Positions 26,751 to 38,500 of a stretch of 64,000 bases of DNA are shown piece after piece. Made by a program: the position numbers and the translations under genes. The notes under the pieces are model-generated. The model saw only the letters and a program-made list of their open reading frames with translations. It ran no database searches and was not told where the DNA came from. Numbering within the stretch: the stretch's first letter is position 1; each line of letters starts with the position of its first letter. The stretch comes from Lepidodermella squamata. Its lineage: Eukaryota > Animalia > Gastrotricha. The stretch covers positions 1,178,001-1,242,000 of the forward strand of contig JBLDXI010000036.1 of NCBI GenBank assembly GCA_047495785.1, read 5' to 3'.

Positions 26751-27200
26751 TCAATTTGATTCGAAAACATAATACGCAGTAGAAAAACAACATAAACTCA
26801 TTTAACCCGACCTGTTAAGCCATGAGAAATTGCTGGAAATTTCATTTCAGCCTTGAAAGTACGCCATAAATTACGCAAAAGTTATGAGAATGCAGTTTAA
26901 TGTACTAATATTATGTGAATACTGTCACCGTATGAGAAAATAATGGAACAGTCTATATCAGGCCAGCATTTTTTAGGCGACAGAGCTAACAACAGACAGA
27001 TTCATGATTCAATTTTTCGGGGTTATCAACGACTGGGAGTAAAAAATACTGAGATAAAACTCCGGTGTACCCACGCCGGGGGTACCGTATTTGCTCGTAT
27101 ATAAGGCTGACACTAATAAAAGGCGGACTCCCTATCGTCGGGGTAGCGGTTTAAAGTGCCAAGTGCCTTTTTCAAAATTTTCCAGGAGACGAAAATAAAT

Positions 27201-27952
27201 TATGCGTAATATTTTTTTTGCATCGCATTTTATCAATAACTTTTCAAACATGAGGAATGTTTTAAAATGGTTTTCGCCAGTCGATAGATCTAGTCTGCGG
27301 TAAACCTTCCTCAAATTTTCATTTGAATTGGGTGCGAGAGACAAAATTGGTGACGAAAATTCTGCCCGCGATTTTTATTGAAAATTTTCATTTTTGAAAA
27401 ATGGCATTTTACAGGATTTAAGGTTGGAAGACATCATCCTGTTGAAAGGCTTTATCGGAAATTTTTTTAGCAGGGAATTAGGTCAATAACGCGCTGTCAA
27501 CAAGGAAATTCGACTTAGCGGCCACAAAGAAGGTCTTATCCACCAACCGCGATCCGTAATGAATTTTCGGAATTTTGTGAATGATTTGTGCCAATTTTAT
27601 GAAGCCTTCAGTTTTGGATGGTTGTACAATGTTTTTTCAGGAATCGGTGACGTAGATCCATTACGGACCATCCTCTCAAAAAAACTTGAAGCCTCTGGCA
27701 AGAGAGACAATCAATTCAGACCTAATTCAAAACCTAATGCAAAAATAGCATTTTTCAAAAATGAGAATTTTCAATAAAAATCGCGGGCAGAATTTTCGTC
27801 ACCAATTTTGTCTCTCGCACCCAATTCAAATGAAAATTTGAGGAAGGTTTACCGCAGACTAGATCTATCGACTGGTGAAAACCATTTTAAAACATTCCTC
27901 ATGGTTGAAAAGTTATTGATAAAATGCGATGCAAAAAAAAATATTACGCATA
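27201..27952. repeat. Long inverted repeat/foldback element (~210-bp arms, ~330-bp spacer)
   Basis: 27201-27410 is the near-perfect reverse complement of 27742-27952; a diverged single arm occurs at ~57490-57605. Confidence 0.9.
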
Positions 27953-28386
27953 CTTTACATGTTTTCTCAAAATTGGCCCGGTAGTTTTTTGATACCTTCG
28001 AGTTGTAAGGGCTGTTTTACTCGCTGAACACGATGGCGGTGTTTTTTTCCTCAACAAATACCTGCAACTAGGTCATCCTATGGACATGGTACTTACATTA
28101 AAAAGAACAATGTTATTTCGCAATTAAAGTATAATCATCCACAATTTAAGTAAAATGTAATGAAATCAGCAGGATTTCGCCCAGTAGCGCGTTATTTTCA
28201 GAGGCTCAGCCATTGAGACTATTTTCGTGGCCTTAACGGACGCTTATTGCTCGAAGAAGTGGCCTTATTCGAAGGCTGAGTGTCAGTTGCTCTGCTTCGA
28301 GTTCGAAGAGATATGACTTCTTCTGGGATAGTCGACTAATTTTTACTTCTTTTGGCTTCTAAATCCCTTCATATTGCAATCGCAAT

Positions 28387-29560
28387 TTAACAGACAAAAG
28401 ATTGTAAGAAACTTTCGTGATTCATCTCCTCCTCCTTTTCCTCCTCGCCTTCTTCGCCTTCATCGTCATCAGGAATCGTTTCGAAAGGTTCAGCCTGTTT
28501 TTGAGAGTCATTTTCGTCGACGTAAGCTGCCATCTTCCCCAACTTCTCAGTCATTTGGGGACGCTTTTTAACGCTGCGCCAAATTGCATATGCCGATTTG
28601 AAGTTGAACAGTGCCACCGCAACGGCCGCCAAGCTGATGCGCATCAGCTGATCCAGATGGAAAGGAAGCAACATATTGCGGCGCTTGTTCTTGATCAAAT
28701 TCATCGTCGAGAAGCCGCGTTCGCAATCGCACGATGAAGCGCAAAAGGAGAGGTAGACCGCGGCGATGGTACGCATTGACTCAGGCATGTCGCCGCTGCC
28801 ATGCAGTCGCTTAAAAGTTGCCAGCAAAGACAATGCCTGATCGGCCTTGCCATTCTTTCCAGGGATATAGAAGGGTGGCAAAATCAAAGCCTGCTTCAAT
28901 CGCTGCCAATTCGCGAGAAAGTCGCGGCGTGATGATTGCAAAATTGTTGAACAATACTTCGCATGAATCTCCTCAATAGCGTCATTGCCAAATTGGTCTC
29001 TGAAAGTATGCAGAAAACGTCGACTACGCATTTTAAATTATAAAGATTATACCGGTCATCGGCGCTGAAGATGAGTTGAGGATCAGAAAAGCAAAGATTT
29101 AACAGAAATTCTTCATCGGGGAAGCGACGGTCAAGTTCTTCAGCTAACACTGAACACATCTTGCTGAAGCTAAGTCGAATTGAAATCTTGTCAGATTCCG
29201 CCAATGAATCGTCAACTTCACCGACTGCGTCTTCAAACCGCTTTTCCTGTGTCGAATTAAGGGCAACGAAATTGCGCACGCGCTTGACTTCGCATTGAGC
29301 CGAAGTAGGGTCCAGTTCCGATTTTTGTAGAAACCTGTTAAGCTCGCCCATTTCTTCCAACAGAGAGCCCAGGAGACGTAAGCGCAAATTGAATTTCACA
29401 TCTTTCATCTTTTTCGAAATGCCCTTCGCCAATTTGTCGTTTGACTTCGTTGCCCCTTCGTCAAAGTATTTAACCAAAAGGTTGTACTGGCGATAGCATC
29501 GCTTCTGGAGAGCCAACGAATAGCATGAATGCCCTTCACAGCAAAGTAATCTTCTTCCAA
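28387..29560 (-). mobile_element. 5'-truncated hAT transposase (ZNF862-like) with a 53-nt intron
   Basis: hAT C-terminal dimerisation motif ASSCDCERGFSTMNLIKNKRRNMLLPFHLDQLMRI, plus ELDRRFP. ORFs 28896-29516 and 28387-29031 join in frame via a GT..TTTCAG intron at 29052-29000. Confidence 0.88.
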
Positions 29561-30235
29561 TAGCTTGCCAAGCTCTTAACGAGTGGGGGCTTATATTTCG
29601 GTTATCACGGTAGAGTTTTCTTTGACGTACATGTTTTCGGTGTTGGTATTGTCAACCATGTTCATCCCTTAAAAAACTCTTGCGTATTGTTCATTTAAAT
29701 GAAGCCAAGCGAACCGACTCTAAAAGACCACATTGCCGCTGTTATGGTTATTATTTATTAACCGCTCTTATCCTAATTTACTCGACTTTGCATGGCGTTT
29801 TCGCCCGATCATAACGCCATGGTGACCCCTTACGTTTTATGCGCCAAGAATCGTTCCCTTACCAGCCACTCAGAGCGTGAAGCTGCGATGCGCGATTACA
29901 CCTATTTGTTGAGCTGTTATTGCAAACGAGACGCTATGTCTCGTCTCCTGAGGTCCTGAGGTGAGTCAAAATAATGTGAAATATTCGATAATTTTGGCTT
30001 ATCAGCATTCGACCGTGTCTTTACCGAATTGATTGTAACGTTGTGACGTAAAACCATGAAGATAAAACTGAAATGATAAGACAGGGGCAATGCATTATTT
30101 TATTTACTTAAATAAGTAGGCAGCCTTTCAATAAATTACTTTCGGATATAGTTTAGTTACTACAATCCAAATTATCATAAATCATTACGAGTCAGTAACG
30201 CCGATGGTCGGCCGATGGGTATCGTGTTACCAGGT

Positions 30236-33200
30236 TCAGCGCATGCCTGGAATTACGAAAGCGGCGCAGTTGATCTCGACGATTCGCAGCTGGTTCAAAG
30301 TGAGAGCCTGGTTGAAAAGGTTCAGGCAAGTCAAACCATTAATTAACTTAGATTGGGGATCTGCCCAGGCTCTGCCGGCAAGATGATCAACTTTAGTAGC
30401 ACAATTAGCTGCCTAATGATCAGAAACTTACCGTCCTATGATGAATTGACCACTTTTTGTGATAGGCCGCTGGCCAGTCCCTATCAAACCGCCCTGCCCA
30501 TCGCCATAATAGCTCAGCTTATTGCCGTCCGCATCGAACGTGACTGCTACAAACAGCCAGGTATATTTCGAAGAAGTGGCGATGGAAGTTACATTTTCGC
30601 CATACGGCCGAATGCTCAAAGAGTCGGCTGATTCTGCTATCACTTTCAACCCCAGCGTTGTTCCGTCAGGGGCGTATTCAAGTATCGGCCCGTTCCCCAA
30701 GATTGGACGTTCGGTGAATAGGGCGATTGTGAAACTGCCATTTTCGAGCTTGACTTTATCAGCGGCCACAACAACAGGATCAATAGGACCATTTCTTTCT
30801 CGAGAATTGAACAGGATTGACGTATTTTCAAAGCCGAAAGGCCCCGAAGTGAGTGGCATAAATGTAGGAGGCGTGGCATCGGCCCTTGGATCGACAACAT
30901 CTTTGTATTCAGACACCAGCGGCCAAAGACCAATATTCGATGGCAGAAGGGTGTTCAATGCTTCGGGTTGCCAAGTTTTGCCGGCGTGAATTTGCAGACA
31001 CTTCTTTCTCACAATCCACAATTGTTCGAACGATAGAACTTGATCGAAAATCGACACACACGCTAATTGACCTGGAAGACTCTCGTTTGTGGGGAGATTC
31101 TTTCCAAATCTGACTTTATTGCTCGTAATGACTGTAAATGCTTTCCAGGGGTACACTCGGTCGCAATACGTAGCTAATGTCTGCGATGTGATATTGTATG
31201 TAACGGCGATAAAGACCCATCCCCCATTTATGGGCTTGCATGTGAGGCGATAAGGATATTCCGGATATTCTATAAAATAATAAATCGAACATCATTCATA
31301 TTTTATAGACATTGTACTTGTATTTCCTTGTTTCAACTGTTTACCAAACATCTGCCTTTAATCATCCGACATGAAATTATCGATTTTCCCGTTGAAGTAA
31401 AAAAAATCTCGCGAGAAAATTCGGGGCGTATGCATTAACATGAAAAAAATATGTATGACTTAACCCTGTAACGACCCAATTTTTCATTTGTGGAAAAACA
31501 ACTATTTCGCAGCATTTCAGAGTGCTTATTCAAAGATCCCTATTGCCTTCTGCTATTTGTAAAATTCATCGAAAAAAATTGAGAAATAAAAATTAAATAT
31601 TAATCAGGATGTCAGATCTTCTAGATAATTTGCTCGGGAAAAATTCCTCAATTTACCCGAGGCGTGAATGAGCACCAAACCGTTCGTAGGATTGTAAGTG
31701 ATTCGCGATGGCGACACATTGTCATAGAACTCGAGGATTGGGTTGGCTGTATCAGAGAGATCCATCAAGCCAGCATAAACAGCGATTGAGAATGAAGTAT
31801 TGGGAACGAGCTTGCTGCTCGCCACTTCAAAATAGCCGGTTGAATTCCCAACAGAGATAGCAGTGTTAGAGTAGTCGAACGGGCCGGCCACGAACGAGGG
31901 AGAGGAACTACCAACGAACGATGGTTCAATGTTATTGCCACTAATATCACGGATGCCAAATTCCTGCGTGAGAGGGAAGAAAGCAACGGCAGGGGGCAAA
32001 CCGAAAGGAGTCACTATGAAAGAATATGTTTATATTCTGGGGAAAATGATTTTTGCTGAGTTAAACTCACGCTGTTTGCAGTCCTTCAAGGTGGCGTACG
32101 TGGTGCTATTGGCTTGCGTCTAAACCGTAAAATTTGGATATTCGGAAACTTGTATCCACTTTGAATTCAGGCTAACCATATTTTGTGGACAGCTTTCCGC
32201 CAAGGAAACGCACACGGCCGCCATCAGAGGCTGATTCGAGCAGAGCTTGTACTATAATATATAATAAATAGGAGTCTGAAAAGTTTTTCTCCGCGTTTTC
32301 ATAATTATATAACTAAGAAATACCGTTGTCTCCAGCTTGCACGCGTCGTTTCTTTGAAAGACGTTGAGTTGCCATAGACTTTAACCTGTAAACAAGAATT
32401 TCCACAAGTCGTGATTTCAAGTTTTGTAATCGATACGAACCTACCCGCGTACCACTCGGAACGATCCCATAGCACTGATTGCCTTTGCTTGTGACACATT
32501 GGACAGCTCTCTATTGGAGGACGAGAAAACATACATATTTTATGTGTCATTCGAAATTCGAACGTTTACCCCAGTTAGGCAGTTTGCTTTGTTGGCGAAC
32601 GTCGAAGACGAAAATTCTCGCGTTTCAGACCCAGCCTGGCAGCCGGTTGTCTCGAGGCGGCAATCAATGAAGTTCCCAGTAGACGAGCTGAAGCACCGTA
32701 CATGAGGCTTCTCGGCCTCAGCAACTTGCACTAATAAGTAAACGGGACACGAGTAGATTCAATAATTTTACACACAGAGAACTAACATGTCGTCCCTGAC
32801 ATGCAGAGGGTTAAATTCGCGTAAGAGCTGCCACCTTCGAGCTGTAAAAAACCAATTAGATTCAACTCATTAGCTCATGATCATCACAATTCTTTCGAAC
32901 CCAGTTCTCAGGACAGGCGAAGCTGGTTGGGACACATGTTTTCACCACGCCATTGTCCGTGCATCGTTTGAAAGATTGAATCTGAACGTTAGAGGAGAGA
33001 ATTATTTTAATATTTTAGCGCTGATAAAATTACCGCAAATTTTGATTTCGCATTATTGCAAGCGGACAAGCTGTCCTTCAGCGACGTATTCCTGAACCAA
33101 TCAAGCTAAAAATTGAATAGGATCAAATTATGGTGAGATAACAGATTCAACTGGAAATAAACCTCGATTTCCCTGTCAGCAGATGGTTCGCCGGTTAGTT

Positions 33201-33624
33201 TGCAGTTGCCCAGGCCGGGATTGCAACGTGGTGTTAGGGCGCCGTATTTGTAGCAAATTTTAGCATTCTGCTTTCGATATGAAAATAATTATAGTTGCGA
33301 GACGTAAATTTCGATTACCCACCCCTGATCGGCATGATGTCAAATCGGGGAATGATGGACCCCACTGTATTAAAAAAATATTTAAAAATTAATTGAAACA
33401 AGTTGGAATGATCAAAGAAATGAAGACCTCTATGAAAAGCTGTGATATCCTTGAATAATTTTTTGAGAAAATACCTGATATTCAGTGATGGGATCACAGG
33501 TAGGGTTGTTATCTCGGCACGAAGCAAATGCGTTGTTGGTCACCAGGAAGCATCGCTTGAACACCTGGCCCGATGCTTGGCCGATACAAAAGATCGAAAT
33601 AACTGCTATAACAAATGCTCTCAT
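30236..33624 (-). pseudogene. Gene C: A-type paralogue with a 4-nt deletion in exon 9 (probable pseudogene or truncating allele)
   Basis: All 14 exons present with GT-AG borders. Exon 9 (32385-32324) is 62 nt versus 66 in B and D, shifting frame to a TGA in exon 10. LamG exons remain open. Confidence 0.75.
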
Positions 33625-34911
33625 TGCTGTTTTATTTGAAAAAAAATAATTGCTTAATGGTGTGAAGGAGCTGAAAATTCCCGTCCGTTATTGCCTGGCT
33701 CGTGGCTCGTGCTTGATTTTGTTTTGAAAAACATCACGTGGGAATTTTATGTCGCCATTGAAAACATGAAACGTAGTAGAAAAACAATATCCAACTTATT
33801 GACCCCGACATGTCCAGCCGTGGACAACTCTTAGCAGGAAAGCGATTATTCAGGTCAAACTTCGAAAAATCCTTTTTATAACGGCCTATGACCCTGATAG
33901 AGTGGCGGCAACATATTTCAAAGATCGGATGGTCCCACCTGGAAAACTGGAAAACTGGAAGGAATTGAAGAATCAATGGAATGATACGCAATAACATTAC
34001 AATTTAAATCAGCGCTTCGCAGACTTAGCAACTTGTATGGCACAGTAAAGTCATATGGCCTTGCCTCTTAGGACTTAGGAAACAATACTAAAATGAATAA
34101 CATTTAGTTTGCAATGATTAGAATTTGTGGGAAATGTGATCATAGGTGCCAATTACCAGCAATTTGAACTAACTGCACGAGCGAAGCGAGGAAATTTCAG
34201 GACTTTGCGCTGAAAGGCGTCCTACAACCTCTAAAAGTGACACAAAGGTTTTCCAATAAATTTTGGAATTTCGGTTTTAATTTTTAATTAAATTAGTTAA
34301 TGATTAGGTAATATGTTATTAGAAGCTGTAACGAGGTTCCAGCGACTCTGGTCAGTTTTAAAATTATAAAATTCCCGCTTTTAATGGAAAAAGAAATGGA
34401 ATGAGATGCAATAAAATTGTAAGTAACAGGTAACAGGCTACTAAGACAGCAACAATACCATTTCAAAATCGAGCAATTTCACCCCAGCTTGATTCTCAAT
34501 TTTTGTACACTAATTGTCTTGATTTTCATGTAAAATGATACGAGTCTGAACGTTTTCGCTCTTTTTATGGTTGAAACCACTAGTCATTTTGGCAAATAGA
34601 GCAAAAAATTTTATCCATTTCTGGCAGCTCTAGCCAGAATAGCACCAGCTGTGTGACCATTGTGGTGATAAGTCGCACTATGAGCATATAAACAAGCGTT
34701 TAAGGACTTGCAAAGGAATCAGGCTTGGGACTGATTGTAGATCGACTCGACTGGTCCTATCTCCTATCTAACCCTAACGGATCACGGAGAGGCAAACATT
34801 TATTGGGCATTCGCTTTTGGAAGTTGGTTAAGAATTCGACCTTGCATGTTTTTATAGGAAATTTTTCATTGAATTTTGAATTTTGAATTTTGAAAGCTCT
34901 TCATTTTTTGG

Positions 34912-35040
34912 ACAATCGGGCGATCCAGTGAGTCAAAGCATCTGCCCTGACCTGATGTGTACCGATTGAGAGTCGATGCCCATAGTTGGCTAGGTAGGAG
35001 GAGGAATCAGCGTGAATTAAACCTCGCAATCAATTTCGAT
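34912..35040 (+). pseudogene. Inverted, degenerate fragment of E-type exons 5-6
   Basis: GCGATCCAGTG..CCTGACCTG..TGTACCGAT..ATGCCCA.AGTTGGCT..CAG|CGTGAATTAAA matches gene E exons 5-6 (~51596-51445) but on the opposite strand. Confidence 0.7.
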
Positions 35041-35576
35041 AATCCTAAAACAAAGGAATACCACCTTAATTTGTTAACTTGCTCATTTTCTGCAGAAGAT
35101 GCAAACATGTGTTACTGGGCGCCTGCGGCGCGTCGAAAAGATCCGCGGTGAATAATTATGTTGAGTACGGTGGATTCATCAACGGACCAAAGGCCGGACT
35201 CCTGTGTCGAATTTTCTAGTCTCTGCCAGTTCCGCGGTCTACTTCGCTCTATGGGTGTGAATGCCTTTGGCGGGAGTCAGATTTTTTAACAAAATGTTAA
35301 ATCAGCATTGTATGAGATTAGAGCCCGATTTTTCTATTTGAAGCGTGGCAACGTTACATTCTTATACATTCTTACATCATGAATTCATAGCCTATGTCGC
35401 GCCGATTATCAACAGATTACTTTGATACAGAAGACGACGGCAAGGAATTTTTTATTTCCCTAAATTTGTCAATTCCTAAATATTTAATATTCGGTGACTG
35501 CAATTCGAGTTAGCATAAGTATAATTCATTAGGATTCAGTAACGGCCGTCGCCCTATAGTTATCGTTTGTCTTGAT

Positions 35577-38500
35577 TTAGCGCATGCCTGGAATAACGAA
35601 TGCGGCGCAGTTGATCTCGACGATTCGCAGCTGGTTGAAATTGAGAGGCTGGTTGAAAATGTTCAGGCAAGTCAAACCATTATGAAATTGAAGATCTGGA
35701 TCTGTCCAGGATCTGTCGAAAAAAGCGATCAAGTTGCATATTCAGCTGCATAATGATCAGACACTTACCGCCCTATAATGAATTGACCACTGTTCGTGAT
35801 GGGCCGCTGGCCAGTCCCCATCAAGCCACCCTGGCCGTCGGCATAAAAGTTCAGCTTATCGCCGTCCGCATCGAGCGTGATTGCTAGAAACAGCCAGTAA
35901 TTTTCCCGTGTAATGGCGATGGAAGACATATTTTGGCCATAAGGTCGGATACTAAAAGTGGCTTCTCGATCTCCTATGACTTTCAGTCCGGGCGTCGTTC
36001 CGTCGGCAGCGAATTCAAGTATTGGCCTGTTCGATAAGTCGCTTTTCGTGGCGAAAATTGTGATAGTGAAACTACCACTGTCCAGCTTGACTTTGTCGGC
36101 AGTCACAACAATGGGATCTTGGGATCTGTAAAAGAACGTCGAGGCAGGAACTTTGAAAGGGCCCAAACTAATTGGCAGAGAAGAGTTAGGAGGCGTGGCA
36201 TCGGCCCTAGGATCGACAACATCTTTGAAATCGGACACAAGCGGCCAAAGACAAATGTTCGATGGCAGAAGGGTGGTCAATGCTTCGGGCTGCCAAGTTT
36301 TACCAGCGTGAGTTTGCAGACACTTCTTCCTCACAATCCACAATTGTTGTTCGGATAGAACTTGGTCGAACATCGACACACACGCTAATTGACCTGGAAG
36401 ACTCTCGTTTGAGGCGAGATTCCTTCCAAATCTGACTTTATTGCTTGTAATGACTGTAGATACACTCCAGGGGCTTACTCGGTCGCAATATGCAGCCAAT
36501 GTCTGCGATGTGATATCGTATGTAACAGCAATGAAGACCCATGCCCCATTCATGGGCTTGCATGTGAGGCGAGCCGGATATTCCGGATATTCTGCCAAAA
36601 AAATGTTTCGAAAACCATTACAATAGGTACATTCCCATTTGTTAATAGTTGATCGCCTTTTATTAAATCAAGGAAACAAACGAAAAGGAGTAGAATGCGA
36701 GTGTAGCGAGCTGAATTTTCGGCGATTCGCCTCGGAAAATTCGAAAAATGAGCATCTCGAAGCTGTTTTTTTCAAACAAAGGAAGGAATTTTCCGGGCTC
36801 CTTCTAACTTCCTTCCGGACAGATTACAGATCCCAGATCATTGAAAATTTTCGAAATGAAAGCACAAAATTTGCGAATTGTTAACTCGGGAAATCCCTAA
36901 ACCTGGCTGGCTTCATAAGGTCTTAAAAGTGTACGCCAATTAACTATACCCCTACCCCTTTTCTCAACAGTTTTAATAAGGAATATATTTTTTTGTGTCT
37001 ACCACTGAGCGTGGTCCAGTGGGCAAAAATCGGAACACTGTGCGAAGCATTGTTCAACAAAAATTCTTTCTATAAAACTACCAGAAAGGTCGACAGTCGA
37101 ACCTTGAATTAGCCACCGTTGCGTAATTCTCAATACAACCCGAAGGCGAGCGGAGCGAGATTTAGCTGACGATATTTTTGGCAATTTTAGCGTCAGGAAT
37201 AGCCGGAAATTGCTGTAAAACTCGGCTTCCATCGTCCTCCCAACGGGTGTTCTCTAATTACTTTGGTTCTATAATGGATTTCACAACTCCACATACATTT
37301 TTAAATGTTCTTCCGCTAGACCGAGCTGGGGTGTTGCGACACCCCAGCACCCCTGTTCTTCGCACCCTGGCTATACCCTATACCCCTTTCTCTCTATCCT
37401 TCGAGTAATGCTCACACAATTTAATGCTACTATGCGAGACTCTGTAGTGAATTTTTCCTGACCGGAGGCTGAAAAAGGGTTGCCTTAATTTGGTATAGAA
37501 ATTCTCCACTAGTTTGGACTTCATGAAAACCCATTTGTTAGTGCTAGCGCTCAGATACTTTCGAAAAAATCATCAAATTTACCCGAAGAGTGAATCATCA
37601 CTTTGCTGATCGCAGGATTGTAAGTGATTCGCGTTGGCGACACATTGTCATAGAACTCGAGGATTGGGTAGGCTGTGTCAGAGAAATCTACCAAGCCAGC
37701 ATAAACAGAGATTGTGAATGAAGTATTGGGAACGAGTTTGCTGCTTGCTACTTCAAAATAGCCAGTTGAATTTCCAACAGAAATAGCAGTGTTAGAATAG
37801 TCGAACGGGCCGGTTGCGAACGACGGCGACGGGCCACCAAGGAATGAAGATTCAATGTTATTGCCACTAACATCGCGGATGCCATATTCCTGCGTGAGAG
37901 GGAAGAAAGCAACGGCAGGAGGCAAACCGAAAGGAGTCTCTGCAAGACGAAGAAGTTTACGCTCGAGAAAATGATAATTAATGAATTAAACGCACGCTGT
38001 TTGCAATCCTTCAAGGTGGCGTACGTTGTATCATTGGCTTGCGTCTAAAATGTTAACATGTTGAAATTTGCATTATCAATAGAAATTGGGGCTCACCAAA
38101 TTTTGAGGACAGCTTTCCGCCAATGAAACGCACACGGTCGCCATCAACAGCTGATTCGTGCAGAGCTTGTACTGAAAAAATATTGGCATTGTTTGATTTA
38201 CTCCAGGAAGCGAATTCAAAATATCACAATCAAAATCTAACATCAACACTCGAACACTCGAAAGATGTCTGGCCGAGCAAATCAAAATTCATCTTAACAA
38301 TATTAGCTTTCTCTCGAACAACCAATATGGCTTTAGAAAATATCATTCTACCGAAACCTGCCTCAACAAAGTCGTCAGTGATTGGAAACTTGCTCTGAGC
38401 GAATCTGAAACCGTTGCCGCCGTTGCGATCGACTTGTCGAAGGCATTCGATTCCTTGCACCACGACGGTATAATATCATCGTTAGCTAGCGCCGGATTCG

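Noticed and set aside
26959-29960. Full hAT element boundaries starting at CAGGCC 26959
   Set aside because: No matching opposite TIR or TSD found.
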